Shown here in pieces: positions 9,690 through 20,897 of a stretch of 64,000 bases of DNA. The notes under the pieces are model-generated. The model saw only the letters and a list, made by a program, of their open reading frames with translations, made no database searches and had not been told where the DNA came from. The DNA is from Nitrospirota bacterium (lineage in GTDB: Bacteria; Nitrospirota; Nitrospiria; Nitrospirales; NS-4). How positions within the stretch are numbered: the stretch's first letter is position 1; each line of letters starts with the position of its first letter. The position numbers were made by a program, and so were the translations under genes. The stretch is taken from the NCBI GenBank assembly GCA_963788195.1, contig CAWBGA010000017.1:416001-480000 (forward strand). Direction: 5' to 3'.

Positions 9690-11322
9690 CTAGTGGCGAA
9701 AATGGCGCATGCCGGTCAGTACCATCGCCATGTTGTGCTCGTCCACCGCCTGCACGATTTCCTGATCGCGGATCGATCCCCCTGGTTGAATCACGGCGGT
9801 AATGCCGGCTTGCGCGGCAGCATCGATCCCATCCCTGAACGGAAAAAACGCATCGGAAGCCATGATGCAGCCCGCGAGGGAGGAGGCTGCCTTCAGCGTA
9901 GCCAGCTTGACGGAGTCGACGCGGCTCATCTGGCCCGCTCCGATCCCGATCGTGCGATCGGCGCGCGCGAACACGATGGCATTCGATTTCACATGCTTGC
10001 ACACCTTCCAGCCGAACGCGAAGGCCTCGTATTCTTCGTCGGTGGGCGGGCGTTTCGAGACCACCTTGAGCGCCCGAATGTCCGGAATGACGCCAAGGTC
10101 CCGGTCCTGGAGGATCAGTCCCCCAACAATCTTTTTCATGTCCATGAGCATCGAGTCCGCTACGGCGTTCATCGTGTAGAGGTCCGACTTCGATCAGTCG
10201 CAAGTCCTTTTTTCTTTTCAGCTCGGCCAACGCGTCCGGGTCGAATCCCGGGGCTACGAGAACTTCGAGAAACGTGCCCGTGAGATCTTTCGCGGTCGCC
10301 AGATCGATCTTCGCGTTGAAGGCCACCACACCGCCGAAGGCCGAAATTGGATCGGTCTCGCGTGCCCGCACATAGGCCTCGCTGGGCGTCTCGCCGATGG
10401 CCGCGCCGCACGGATTGTTGTGCTTCACGATGACGGCGGCTATTTTCGCCGCCCCCGGTGGTGACGTCACGGTCGCGGCGTCTGCCCCCTCGCGGGGCGG
10501 GACGGTGACATCAGACGCAGCAAACTCTTTCACCAGCTCCAGGGCTGCGTTTGCGTCCAGGAAATTGTTATACGACATCTCCTTGCCATGAAGCTGCCGT
10601 CCCCGTGCGATCCCGACCTCGTCACTAGCGAGCTCTCGGTAGAAGGCGCCCTGCTGGTGAGGATTCTCCCCATAGCGAAGGATGTTCACTTTCTCAAACT
10701 GCAGCGACAGCAGCGACGGGAATTTCACCGACGCTCCGGCAGCCTGCGCTTCCAGGTAGCCGCTGATCCTTGCGTCGTACTGAGCCGTGTGCTGAAAGAC
10801 TTTACACGCAAGCTCCACACGCATGGGGAGTGGCACACCACCGTCGCGTAACGCATCCAAGACCCTGGGGTAATCGGCCGGGTCCACCACGACAGTGACA
10901 TCGACATGATTTTTTGCCGCTGACCGCAGCATGGACGGGCCACCGATATCGATGTTCTCGACCGCCTCTTCGAACGTGCAGCCGGGCTTGCTGATGGTCG
11001 CCGCAAAGGGATAGAGGTTCACGGCCACCAGATCGATGGGAGCAATCCCCTGGTTTGCCATTTCGGCTACGTGCCGAGGATCCTGACGGCGGCCCAAAAG
11101 CCCCCCGTGAATCTTGGGATGCAATGTCTTCACGCGGCCGTCGAGGATTTCCGGCGAGCCGGTATACGCGGCCACGTCAGTGATCTTGAGACCCTTCTCC
11201 CGCAGGGCCTTGCCGGTACCGCCTGTAGAAAGAATCTCATATCCGAGCTCTATCAAGGCGTTCGCAAACTCAAAAATGCCAGACTTATCCGAAACGCTGA
11301 TAAGCGCTCGTTTCACAACCAC
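9690..11322 (-). CDS. purH: Bifunctional AICAR transformylase/IMP cyclohydrolase (frameshift ~10150-10175)
   Basis: [48 protein letters not shown]; second ORF has [22 protein letters not shown]. Confidence 0.96.
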
Positions 11323-11340
11323 TGTCTCCTGATAATGGGG

Positions 11341-11976
11341 TTAAAGTTTGCCCGCTTCGCGGAGTGTTTCACGGAAAACGCGGTAGAACCGGTCATTCTC
11401 TGAGGTGGCTTCCTGCACAATGGCTTTGAGATTGCCCAGCTCCCCCTCGGCGACGAGAAAAGTGACACTTTTGCAGAAGGCCGCGATTGGGTCCAGTGTC
11501 CGGTACAGCTTGCCGATCAGCCCCACATACATGAAGCGCCGTATCGACATCGGCATCGGCTGAAGGTTCTTTAATATGCTGTTATCTTCCGCCGAACCGC
11601 CGTACTCGTCATGAAGGATTACAAGACCATATGCCCCCTGCCAAAGCCGATCGATCGCTTCTTTGGGGTCGTTCACTATATGCACAGTATACCCCAGCTC
11701 TGCAAGAGCCGTTTTGACTCTCATCTGTCCATGAAGCTGGTCCACGCAGACCATTGAGAGGCGTCGGATCTCGGTATCCCCGTTGGCGGACCCGGCGCCG
11801 CCGTCCTCGGGTGCAGGAAACTTCGAGACCTCCAAAGCACTGTTCGGCGAGCGCTTGGCTGTGACCGGAATCTTTTGATGGCATTTCGGACAGGCGACGG
11901 TGACCGAGCCCGCTTTGGGAATCTTCCCATCAGGGATGGAGAGCTTTGCTGAGCAGGTCGTACAGATTAAGATCAT
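11341..11976 (-). CDS. N-terminal zinc-ribbon (MJ0042-like) protein with receiver-like C-terminal domain
   Basis: CTTC...CPKC, linker, alpha/beta domain; directly downstream of the pilT paralogues. Confidence 0.75.
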   Translation of the reverse strand: MILICTTCSAKLSIPDGKIPKAGSVTVACPKCHQKIPVTAKRSPNSALEVSKFPAPEDGGAGSANGDTEIRRLSMVCVDQLHGQMRVKTALAELGYTVHIVNDPKEAIDRLWQGAYGLVILHDEYGGSAEDNSILKNLQPMPMSIRRFMYVGLIGKLYRTLDPIAAFCKSVTFLVAEGELGNLKAIVQEATSENDRFYRVFRETLREAGKL

Positions 11977-11982
11977 TGCAGG

Positions 11983-13155
11983 TTAGTGTCTCACCGGCCT
12001 GGCATAGCCCTTGTCCATGCTGAGTCCGTCGATGTCGGTCGTCATCTCGCCGCGCGCATGCTTAATCTGATCGATGCCTCGGTGGACGACCGATTTTTGA
12101 GTGGCGTACAAGAGCGCGTCCTCCTCGGTGATAGAAGCCGCGTTATAGGCGCGAATGAGCGCCTGATCAAAGGTCTGCATGCCGAACGGCGCCCCCGCTT
12201 CCTGGATCTCATAAATCGTCTTGCCCTCGGACTCCCCGAGTTGAATCACTTCTTTCAACCGCAGATTGGTCATGAGAATGTCGTGGACCGCAACCCGACC
12301 GCCTCCCACTTTGGGGAGGAGCCGCTGCCCGACGATCCATTTCATGGCATCCGCTAGGCGGAGACGGATATGGCGCTCTTCCTCGGCGGGGAACATACCG
12401 ATGATGCGGTTGATGGTGCGCGCGGCATCAATCGTATGCAAGGTACTGAATACCAAATGGCCGGTTTCTGAAGCTCTGAGCGCCAATTCCAATGTCTCGC
12501 GGTCACGCATTTCCCCGACGAGGATGACCTTTGGCGCGGCGCGTAGAGCGGCACGCAGCCCGTTTGAGAATGTGTCGAAGTCGCTGCCAAGCTGCCGCTG
12601 ATTAAATGTGGCTTTCTGCTTATGGTGCACAAATTCGACCGGGTCTTCCAGCGTAATAATGTGCACCGGCTTGGTCTGATTGATCTCGTTCAGCAGGGCC
12701 GCAAGCGTCGTGGTTTTGCCGACACCGGTCGGCCCGGTCACTAGAATCAAACCGTTTTTCTCGTCGGCCGTTTTTTTGAGAACCTCCGGCAGCTTGAGCT
12801 CGTCGATGGTTGGAATTTTGTTTTCCAGCTTTCTCATCGCAATCGAGTAATGGCCCTGCTGCTGGAAGATGTTCACACGCAGGCGGGTTTGACGGGGCAT
12901 CACGTAGGACTGGTCGCATGATCCTTCTAGCACCAGAGTCTTATAGAGCCGGCGGTCGTTATTGATGAGATTGAGCGCGAAGACCTCTGTTTGAAAAGGC
13001 GTGAGTTTCTCGATGGCCGGTTCTAACGAGACGGGCAGGAGTTCGCCATTGGTCTCTACCTGCAGCGGATAGTCCACTGTCAGATTGAGATCCGAGACAT
13101 TCTGGTGCGAATCAACCATCGTCGCCAGCATGATATCTACTTCGTGCTTTCTCAT
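11983..13155 (-). CDS. pilU: PilT/PilU-family type IV pilus retraction ATPase (second paralogue)
   Basis: GPTGVGKTTT, TLEDPVEF, ILVGEMRD, TGHLVFSTLHT, GMQTFD. Confidence 0.85.
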   Translation of the reverse strand: MRKHEVDIMLATMVDSHQNVSDLNLTVDYPLQVETNGELLPVSLEPAIEKLTPFQTEVFALNLINNDRRLYKTLVLEGSCDQSYVMPRQTRLRVNIFQQQGHYSIAMRKLENKIPTIDELKLPEVLKKTADEKNGLILVTGPTGVGKTTTLAALLNEINQTKPVHIITLEDPVEFVHHKQKATFNQRQLGSDFDTFSNGLRAALRAAPKVILVGEMRDRETLELALRASETGHLVFSTLHTIDAARTINRIIGMFPAEEERHIRLRLADAMKWIVGQRLLPKVGGGRVAVHDILMTNLRLKEVIQLGESEGKTIYEIQEAGAPFGMQTFDQALIRAYNAASITEEDALLYATQKSVVHRGIDQIKHARGEMTTDIDGLSMDKGYARPVRH

Positions 13156-13196
13156 GGCGTCCTTTCCGGTGGCCGTTCAGAGCCTGTCGCCGAAAC

Positions 13197-14276
13197 TTAC
13201 CCGGCCATGTCATCCGGCGGCGTCTTGAGAAACTGGGCGAACTTGCCTTTATCGATGCACTTGTCGTAGGCCTCTTCGGCACTGATCCATTTTTTCTGCA
13301 GCACCTCCATGATCGCGTCATCGAGGGTCTGCATCCCGTACTTCTTCCCGACTTGAATGATCGATGGGATTTGGAAGGTTTTGTTCTCTCGAATCAAATT
13401 GGAGATCGCGGGATTGCACACCATGACTTCCAACGCGGAGCACCGGCCCTTCATATCGATTCGCTTGAATAGGTTCTGTGCCACCACAAGCTTCAGACTC
13501 GTGGAAAGCGTATTACGCACCTGGTTCTGCTGTTCGTGAGGAAACACCTCGATCACACGGTCGACCGTCTTCGCCGCGCTGGTCGTGTGCAGCGTGGCAA
13601 AGACCAGATGGCCGGTCGCGGCCGCCTCAAGAGCCAAGCTGATGGTTTCGAGATCCCGCATTTCCCCCACCAAAATGATATCAGGGTCCTCACGCAGCGC
13701 TCCTCGAAGACCGGTTCCAAATGACTTCGTATGGGTACCGATCTCGCGATGGTTGACGACGCACCCATGGCTCTGATGGACAAACTCGATCGGGTCTTCC
13801 AGGGTAATGATGTGATCCTTCCGATGCTTATTGGCATGATCCAGCATGGCGGCGAGCGTGGTGGATTTTCCGCTCCCGGTCGGGCCCGTGACCAGGACCA
13901 GACCTTTATGGAGCATGCTGGCCCTCGTGAGAATCGCCGGCAGCCCAAGGTCGTGCGCCGTTGAGATCTTTGTCGGGATCTGTCGGAAGGCCGCCCCCAC
14001 CCCGTATTTCTGATTAAAAAAGTTCGCGCGGTAGCGTGCGACACCGGGGATTTCGTAGCCGAAATCGACGTCTCCCGTTTCCTCAAAGACCTTGATCTTT
14101 GGTTCGGGCGCGATTTCGTAGAGCATTTTCTTTAGTTCGTCGTTCTCGAGCACCTGGTATTTGATGCGTTCGAGATCACCGTGCACCCGGAGAATCGGGA
14201 CCTGCCCCGAGACCAAATGCAAGTCGGAAGCTCCTTGCTCGTTCATGAGCTTGAAGAATGCGTCGATCTTGGCCAT
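13197..14276 (-). CDS. pilT: Type IV pilus retraction ATPase
   Basis: GASDLHL, GPTGSGKSTT, ALREDPDIILVGEMRD, AISNLIRE, GMQTLD. Confidence 0.95.
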   Translation of the reverse strand: MAKIDAFFKLMNEQGASDLHLVSGQVPILRVHGDLERIKYQVLENDELKKMLYEIAPEPKIKVFEETGDVDFGYEIPGVARYRANFFNQKYGVGAAFRQIPTKISTAHDLGLPAILTRASMLHKGLVLVTGPTGSGKSTTLAAMLDHANKHRKDHIITLEDPIEFVHQSHGCVVNHREIGTHTKSFGTGLRGALREDPDIILVGEMRDLETISLALEAAATGHLVFATLHTTSAAKTVDRVIEVFPHEQQNQVRNTLSTSLKLVVAQNLFKRIDMKGRCSALEVMVCNPAISNLIRENKTFQIPSIIQVGKKYGMQTLDDAIMEVLQKKWISAEEAYDKCIDKGKFAQFLKTPPDDMAG

Positions 14277-14589
14277 GCTGACGCCTTTCGGACTGGATCA
14301 CACTGCACAAAACTCCATCTCAAAGCTACCATAACCCTTTAGTCAGGTCAATGAAAACCCTTATTTGAATCACCTATGGTGCCATCTGGCGCGCCTAAAC
14401 GGGAAGCGCGGCACTGGTTTACGGAGCACGCCGGGTGCCCGTTTCCTCTGGACCGAGCAGGGTGAACTGGAGGCGCCGGTCACCATCAGACACAGGAGAG
14501 CAGCGTTCGCCACCACGAGGCTTCACTCGTCGAAAGGCATCGGCACCCGTTGCACTCGGTATGACAACGGGTCTCATGAGCAGCGTTTA

Positions 14590-14618
14590 TTGACTTCGTG
14601 CACGTCTCACACTAAAAT
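14590..14618 (+). promoter_or_regulatory. Sigma70-type promoter for dnaE-accA
   Basis: TTGACT-N17-TAAAAT, 43 nt upstream of GTG 14662. Confidence 0.65.
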
Positions 14619-14661
14619 GGGCCGGCTCTCATCGAGACGCCGACCCGACGAAGGACACCGC

Positions 14662-17600
14662 GTGGCGTCAGAATTCGTCCACCTGCACGTACACACTCAA
14701 TACAGCTTGCTCGACGGGGCCAATCAGATCGAGGCCTTGGTGCAGGCGGTCAAGAGTTTCGGCATGCCGGCCGTGGCGGTCACGGACCACGGCAACCTCT
14801 TTGGGGCGCTCGACTTCTACCAGAAGGCGACCGCAGCGGGGATCAAGCCGATTATCGGCTGCGAAGCCTACCTGGCGCCCAAGAGTCGATTTGATCGGGA
14901 AGGCCAATTTGCACACAACGATTACTATCATTTGACGCTGCTCGCCGCGAATCGGACCGGCTATCAAAACCTCTTAAAGCTGGCGAGCACCGCCTATCTC
15001 GATGGTTTTTACTATAAGCCGCGGATCGATAAGGAGGTGCTGCGCCAGTACGGAGAAGGCCTCATCGGGCTGTCGGGGTGCCTCAGCGGTGAAGTGCCCT
15101 TCTTGATCGGACGGGACCGTATGGAAGATGCCCTTCGCACGGCGGTCGAGTATCGAGAGCTCTTTGGAGAGGGAAATTACTTTCTCGAGGTCCAGGAGAA
15201 TGCCGTCCCGGAGCAACAGGTCGCGAATCGAGGCTTACGGGAGATTCATGATCGGCTGGGAATTCCCCTGGTGGCGACCAATGACTGCCATTACCTGAAG
15301 AAAGAGGACGCGAAGGTTCATGATATTCTGCTGTGCCTGCAGACCGGCAAGACCGTCAGTGACCCAAACCGCATGCGCTTCAACACCGATCAGCTATACG
15401 TCAAGTCTCAGGAGGAAATGCTCGCGGCGTTTCACGAATGGCCCCAGGCCGTCTACAATACGACCCGCGTCGCGGAGATGTGCGAGCTGTCCTTCACCTT
15501 TGGGACTGCCCACCTGCCCCAGTACCGAGTGCCGGAGGGCGAAACCCGGGAGACCTATCTTGACAAGCTTGCCCTCCAGGGACTCGCAGACCGTCTTCGG
15601 GAGCGCCCGTCGTCCATTCCTGCAGCACAGTACCAACAACGGCTTCGTGACGAACTGACCATCATCACCTCGATGGGATTCGCGGGGTACTTTTTGATTG
15701 TGTGGGATATCATTAATTTTGCCCGGGGCCGCCGCATCCCCGTGGGGCCCGGGCGTGGATCAGCTGCGGGCAGCCTGGTCGCGTACGCTCTGCGCATCAC
15801 GGATCTTGACCCACTGGTCTATGGGCTGCTGTTTGAGCGTTTTCTAAATCCCGAGCGCGTGTCACTGCCGGATATCGACATGGACTTCTGCATGGACCGG
15901 CGTCAGGAAGTGATCAACTACGTGGTGGACAAGTATGGCAAAGATTATGTTTGCCAAATCATTACCTTCGGGACGATGAAAGCCAAGGCCGCCATTCGAG
16001 ACGTGGGACGGGTGCTGGAAATGCCGTATGCGGATGTCGACCGTATCGCGAAGCTGGTTCCCGACCAACTGAACATCACCCTGAGTGAGGCGTTGGAAGC
16101 CGAACCGCGTCTGAAAGAAATCGTGGAGAGCGATCCGAAGGTCCGAACCGTGTTTGAAACCGCGCGCGCCCTGGAAAACTCGCCACGCCATGCCTCGACA
16201 CATGCGGCAGGCGTCGTGATCTCACATGAGCCTCTGACCAGCCACATTCCGTTGTTTAAAGGCGCAAAGGACACTGACGAAGTCGTATCCCAGTTCCCCA
16301 TGGGGGATGTGGAGAGGATCGGCCTCGTGAAGTTTGATTTCCTGGGGCTCAAGACTCTGACCATGATTTCGCACGCCGAGCGCCTCATCAATGCCCGCCG
16401 CGGCGCGGGCGATGTCTTCTCCATCGGCACGATACCCCTCGACGCCCCCGCGCCGTTCGCGATGCTGTCCACGGGCAAGACCGCAGGGGTGTTCCAGTTG
16501 GAGAGTCCGGGCATGCGCGATCTCCTGACGGGCCTTCGCCCTGACCGCTTCGAGGAGATCATCGCCATCATCGCCCTCTATCGGCCCGGTCCGATGGATC
16601 TGATTCCCGACTTTATCAAGCGCAAACAGGGAAAGATTCCCATCACCTACGAAGTGCCGGCCCTCGAAGAGTTTCTGACCGAGACATACGGCGTGATCGT
16701 GTATCAGGAGCAGGTCATGGCGATCGCCAATAGGGTCGCGGGCCTCTCGCTTGGTCAAGCTGATATTCTGCGGCGCGCGATGGGCAAGAAGAAACCGGAG
16801 GAGATGGACAAGCTGCGCGCAAAGTTTCTCGAAGGCGCGAAATCACGAGGCATCTCGGACAAGAAAGCCGAAAAACTATTCGATTTGATTCAAAAGTTCG
16901 CGGGATACGGCTTCAACAAATCGCATGCGGCGGCGTACGCCATGGTCACCTATCAGACCGCCTATCTCAAGGCCCATTATCCCCATGAATTCATGGCCGC
17001 CTTGCTGACGAGCGAGATGGGAAATACCGACAAGGTGGTCCGTTATATTAATGAATGTCGCGACCTCGGGATACAGGTGCTCCCTCCGGACGTCAACGAA
17101 AGTGAAAAGGATTTTGCAGTGTCAGCGGAGGCGATTCGGTTCGGATTGGCCGCTATCAAGAACGTCGGCGAGGGACCGATCGAAACCATTCTCCAGGCGC
17201 GGAGAGCCGGCGGTCCGTTCATCTCATTTAGTGACTTTTGCCACCGAGTGGACATGCGGAAACTCACGAAGCGCGCGGTGGAATGTCTCATAAAAGTAGG
17301 GGCCTTTGATTCCACGGGCGCACGGCGGGCCCAGCTCGCGGAGGTGCTCGACCGAACCGTCGATCAGGGGCTGGCGGCTCAACGCGCCGTATCGCAAGGG
17401 CAGACCAGCATCTTTGCCGCCCTCGACTCTGACGAGACAACGGGTCACCCGTTCCCGATTCAGGACGGCGTGCCTACAGTGCCGGAGTGGAAGGAAGATC
17501 AGCTTTTGGCGTATGAGAAAGAGCTGATCGGATTCTATATTACGAGCCATCCGCTCTCGCGGTACGCCGAGGCCACCGCCCGCTATTCGAACTGCCGCTG

Positions 17601-18126
17601 CGATTGCCTGAATGAAGTGGCGGATGCCAAAGAAGTAAAACTCTGCGGCATCATCGGGACGATCAAGCGCACGGTGACGAAAAAGGGTGATCAGATGGCC
17701 TATTTCACGCTTGAGGACTTCCATGGCACGGCTGAAATCATAGTCTTTCCCGATCTCTACCAGACGGCCGCATCGCTCATTACCCCTGAATCAGTGGTGC
17801 AGGTCACGGGGACCTTGGATCGCGGCGAAAAGGCTACGAGGATCAAGGCCACCAAGCTTCTCTCGCTGGCAAATTTAATGGTCAGCGGGTATTCGAAGGT
17901 GACGATTCAAGTCTCCTCCGATGCGGCGTCCCCTCATACCTTCCTCAAATTACGTGAGCTGCTCCACCGGCATCCGGGGGCCTGCCCGGTGTATCTGGCG
18001 TTGACCATTCATGAGCACTCCGAGTCAATCATCGCCGTCGGCCCAGAGCTCCGGGTACTGCCCAACACCCGGTTGGTCGGCGATATCGAAGGCCTGATCG
18101 GCAAAGGCGCTGTGTCACTTCAATAG
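14662..18126 (+). CDS. dnaE: DNA polymerase III alpha subunit
   Basis: [18 protein letters not shown] domain, [26 protein letters not shown] 14662 after AAGGA. Confidence 0.98.
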   Translation: MASEFVHLHVHTQYSLLDGANQIEALVQAVKSFGMPAVAVTDHGNLFGALDFYQKATAAGIKPIIGCEAYLAPKSRFDREGQFAHNDYYHLTLLAANRTGYQNLLKLASTAYLDGFYYKPRIDKEVLRQYGEGLIGLSGCLSGEVPFLIGRDRMEDALRTAVEYRELFGEGNYFLEVQENAVPEQQVANRGLREIHDRLGIPLVATNDCHYLKKEDAKVHDILLCLQTGKTVSDPNRMRFNTDQLYVKSQEEMLAAFHEWPQAVYNTTRVAEMCELSFTFGTAHLPQYRVPEGETRETYLDKLALQGLADRLRERPSSIPAAQYQQRLRDELTIITSMGFAGYFLIVWDIINFARGRRIPVGPGRGSAAGSLVAYALRITDLDPLVYGLLFERFLNPERVSLPDIDMDFCMDRRQEVINYVVDKYGKDYVCQIITFGTMKAKAAIRDVGRVLEMPYADVDRIAKLVPDQLNITLSEALEAEPRLKEIVESDPKVRTVFETARALENSPRHASTHAAGVVISHEPLTSHIPLFKGAKDTDEVVSQFPMGDVERIGLVKFDFLGLKTLTMISHAERLINARRGAGDVFSIGTIPLDAPAPFAMLSTGKTAGVFQLESPGMRDLLTGLRPDRFEEIIAIIALYRPGPMDLIPDFIKRKQGKIPITYEVPALEEFLTETYGVIVYQEQVMAIANRVAGLSLGQADILRRAMGKKKPEEMDKLRAKFLEGAKSRGISDKKAEKLFDLIQKFAGYGFNKSHAAAYAMVTYQTAYLKAHYPHEFMAALLTSEMGNTDKVVRYINECRDLGIQVLPPDVNESEKDFAVSAEAIRFGLAAIKNVGEGPIETILQARRAGGPFISFSDFCHRVDMRKLTKRAVECLIKVGAFDSTGARRAQLAEVLDRTVDQGLAAQRAVSQGQTSIFAALDSDETTGHPFPIQDGVPTVPEWKEDQLLAYEKELIGFYITSHPLSRYAEATARYSNCRCDCLNEVADAKEVKLCGIIGTIKRTVTKKGDQMAYFTLEDFHGTAEIIVFPDLYQTAASLITPESVVQVTGTLDRGEKATRIKATKLLSLANLMVSGYSKVTIQVSSDAASPHTFLKLRELLHRHPGACPVYLALTIHEHSESIIAVGPELRVLPNTRLVGDIEGLIGKGAVSLQ

Positions 18127-18133
18127 GAGCACC

Positions 18134-19090
18134 GTGCGCGAATATCTCGACTTCGAAAAACCTATCGCGGAGATTGAAGAAAAGCTCGAAAAGCTCGGCG
18201 CATCCACGGGCGCTCGTGGGGCCAGGCAAGACGACGTCAATAAACTTCGGATAAAACTGCACCAGCTCCAAACCGAGATCTATGCGGGCTTGTCCCCCTG
18301 GCAGCGAACTCAGGTCGCTCGCCATCTACAGCGTCCCTCTACCCTGGATTACATCGGCAAGCTGTGCGACAGCTTCATCGAGCTCCACGGTGATCGCGCC
18401 TTTGCCGACGATCACGCGATTGTGGGAGGACTTGCCCGGTTCAACGGCCGCCCGGTGGTCGTGATCGGGCATCAGAAGGGCAAGACGCTGAAGGAACGTA
18501 TGTTTCGAAACTTCGGCATGCCGAATCCTGAAGGATACCGAAAAGCGTTACGGCTGATGCGGCTGGCGGAGAAGTTTGGAAAGCCGCTGCTCACGTTTAT
18601 CGACACCCCCGGCGCCTATCCGGGCATCGGAGCGGAAGAGCGCGGACAATCGGAAGCGATCGCGCGTAATCTGCTCGTCATGGGCTCACTGCGGGTGCCG
18701 ATTATCGCCGTGGTGATCGGCGAAGGTGGCAGCGGAGGAGCCCTGGCGATCGGGGTTGCGGACCGTCTGCTGATGTTGCAGCACGCGGTCTATTCCGTGA
18801 TCTCGCCGGAGGGCTGCGCCGCCATTTTGTGGAATGACCAGAGCAAGGCCGCTGACGCAGCTGAGGCGCTCAAGATGACTTCCGAGGATCTTCTCAAACT
18901 CGGCATCGCCGACCAGGTAATCCCCGAGCCGCTCGGCGGCGCTCATCGGGACCCGTCGCTGAGTTGCGACACGGTAAAAAAGGTGATCGAGACGCATTTG
19001 AGTCAGCTGCTGGAATTTTCAACCGACGACCTCTTAAAGCGCCGCTATGAAAAATACCGCCGCATCGGCGTTCTAGCCGAGAACTCATGA
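18134..19090 (+). CDS. accA: Acetyl-CoA carboxylase carboxyltransferase alpha subunit
   Basis: [44 protein letters not shown]. Confidence 0.98.
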   Translation: MREYLDFEKPIAEIEEKLEKLGASTGARGARQDDVNKLRIKLHQLQTEIYAGLSPWQRTQVARHLQRPSTLDYIGKLCDSFIELHGDRAFADDHAIVGGLARFNGRPVVVIGHQKGKTLKERMFRNFGMPNPEGYRKALRLMRLAEKFGKPLLTFIDTPGAYPGIGAEERGQSEAIARNLLVMGSLRVPIIAVVIGEGGSGGALAIGVADRLLMLQHAVYSVISPEGCAAILWNDQSKAADAAEALKMTSEDLLKLGIADQVIPEPLGGAHRDPSLSCDTVKKVIETHLSQLLEFSTDDLLKRRYEKYRRIGVLAENS

Positions 19091-20871
19091 CCCACGTGCG
19101 CCCGGAGGCGCACCCGAACGCTCCTACACAAATAGAATGGCCGGTTGAGCGAAGCGCCACGCGTGCCGTCGGTCAGTCCGACGGTGTCTTGTCGGATCTG
19201 AACTTCGGCGAAGTGTTTCCCTTCGTCTGCAAACCTTTGGCCAAGGACTACCTTTCGCGGTACATTGGCCCTCTCCTGGCCTCCCAATTCGGGGGGCTCC
19301 CCCGCGCCCATTCGCTTGCCCGGGAAATCAATCCCATGGCGTTTGTCGCGGGCCGGCCGTACATGGATCTCTGCGCCTACATCACGCTGCCCGGGGTGGC
19401 AAGGCATCTGAGATCACTGGAATCGGCCGATCAGATAAAAGGCGCCGCCGTCGCCGCGGTCGCAAAGGCCGGCCGGCTCCGGGCGCTCCCCCTCCCGCTG
19501 ACATCCCGCTGGCTGTTGTCTGTGGCCTATGCGCTCTCATCCGCCCGATCAGCGGCATGGCTTCTCCGAAGGGAAAGACCGGTCAAATTGGTGCAGGCTT
19601 ATCGGGACCGCGCCGAGCAACTGCGAGCCATCGTGCGGCAACCCCTTGGCCATAAACCCTCAGTCATCCTGCTGCAAGACCTCGATGAACATGCTTACAC
19701 GACCGGCGACGTCACGACCGACGCCCTGCGGCATTTGAGCGTGGCGTTCGTTCTCCATGGCGCGCTCCAGCAGCTCCTGGGAGACCGAGTGCCGAGCGCC
19801 CTTATTCACGATCTAGGACAGGGCATTCCGAATAACTTTACGACGGAAGTCTCTCTAGATCTCTGGCAACTCTCCGTCGAGGCCCGCCCACTGGCCGGCA
19901 TCTTTTCAGAGACGCCGCCGGATCAGCTTCCCGGCCGTTTGAAAATGACGGAACAAGGACGCAGGTGGTGGGCTCGATTCGAGGAGGTCCTGAATCAGCA
20001 CGGACATCGAGGCGAAGTGGAATTGGATATTACGGCGCCCCGTTGGCGGGAGGAGCCCCGATTCTTATTACAGACTATTGCCAACTATTTGCGCCACGCG
20101 GAAGATCAACCGAGTCCCGCCGAGATGTTAAGGAACGGAATGGGTCGGCGGGAAGCGGCCGCGAGTGCGATTCGAGACATGCTTCCCATTCCCACACGCT
20201 TGCTGTTCAACTGGCTGTACAGGCGCTACGTGCTGTGGATGCCGTTCCGCGAGGCGGGAAAATATACCTGGTTACTGTGGCTGGAGTTCTCTCGAAATGT
20301 GTATCGGGAACTGGGGCGCCGGCTGGTCGCCGACGGACAGCTCCACAGCATCGATGATGTCTTCTGGCTTCGTCTCGATGAGCTTTCACGGTGGGCTACG
20401 TCCGGCACGACCACCTGGTCCGCCGCGATTCTAAAGGAACGTAAAGAACAATGGGCCCAGTGGAGGGCGCTCAGGCCTCCCCCTCTTCTGATTGGGAACC
20501 GCGGAGCACTGGAGGGCGGATCAGTGACACCTGCACACTCTCAACGATCGATGCTTCGCGGAACCCCCGCGTCCTCCGGCAAGGCCGAGGGAGTCGCCAG
20601 AGTCATGACCGACCCTGGCGAAGCCGAGATCCGACAAGGTGAGATACTCGTGACGCGCTACACTGACCCCGCGTGGACGCCCTTGTTTTTTACAGCCGGC
20701 GCGCTCATTACCGAAGTCGGCGGGGTACTGAGCCATGGTGCAGTGGTCGCACGCGAGGTCGGGCTACCGGCGATTGTCGGCGTCACAGACGCGACGACAT
20801 TCATACGTAACGGTCAGCGGCTTCGAGTCAATGCCACCGAAGGAACGGTCGAGCTATTAGAGGAAGACTGA
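19087..20871 (+). CDS. PEP-utilising enzyme mobile-domain protein, rifampin-phosphotransferase-like, without ATP-grasp domain
   Basis: C-terminal [17 protein letters not shown]...[23 protein letters not shown] swivel domain; [24 protein letters not shown] overlap with accA. Confidence 0.85.
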   Translation: MTHVRPEAHPNAPTQIEWPVERSATRAVGQSDGVLSDLNFGEVFPFVCKPLAKDYLSRYIGPLLASQFGGLPRAHSLAREINPMAFVAGRPYMDLCAYITLPGVARHLRSLESADQIKGAAVAAVAKAGRLRALPLPLTSRWLLSVAYALSSARSAAWLLRRERPVKLVQAYRDRAEQLRAIVRQPLGHKPSVILLQDLDEHAYTTGDVTTDALRHLSVAFVLHGALQQLLGDRVPSALIHDLGQGIPNNFTTEVSLDLWQLSVEARPLAGIFSETPPDQLPGRLKMTEQGRRWWARFEEVLNQHGHRGEVELDITAPRWREEPRFLLQTIANYLRHAEDQPSPAEMLRNGMGRREAAASAIRDMLPIPTRLLFNWLYRRYVLWMPFREAGKYTWLLWLEFSRNVYRELGRRLVADGQLHSIDDVFWLRLDELSRWATSGTTTWSAAILKERKEQWAQWRALRPPPLLIGNRGALEGGSVTPAHSQRSMLRGTPASSGKAEGVARVMTDPGEAEIRQGEILVTRYTDPAWTPLFFTAGALITEVGGVLSHGAVVAREVGLPAIVGVTDATTFIRNGQRLRVNATEGTVELLEED

Positions 20872-20897
20872 CGCGTCTACCTGCTTTGCGAATGGTC

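Noticed and set aside
9590..10175. Programmed frameshifting or purH-purD fusion suggested by ORF 9499..11322
   Set aside because: Explained by two separate indels, no slippery-site pattern seen, and similar breaks occur throughout the window
14280..14590. Intergenic region between pilT and dnaE as an ncRNA or small gene
   Set aside because: Only short ORFs without recognisable motifs or RBS, and no RNA family I can recognise
14365..14661. 99-aa N-terminal extension of DnaE in the ORF track; possible intein in dnaE
   Set aside because: Promoter and RBS point to GTG 14662. The remaining ~1150 aa is a normal length and I saw no intein motifs.
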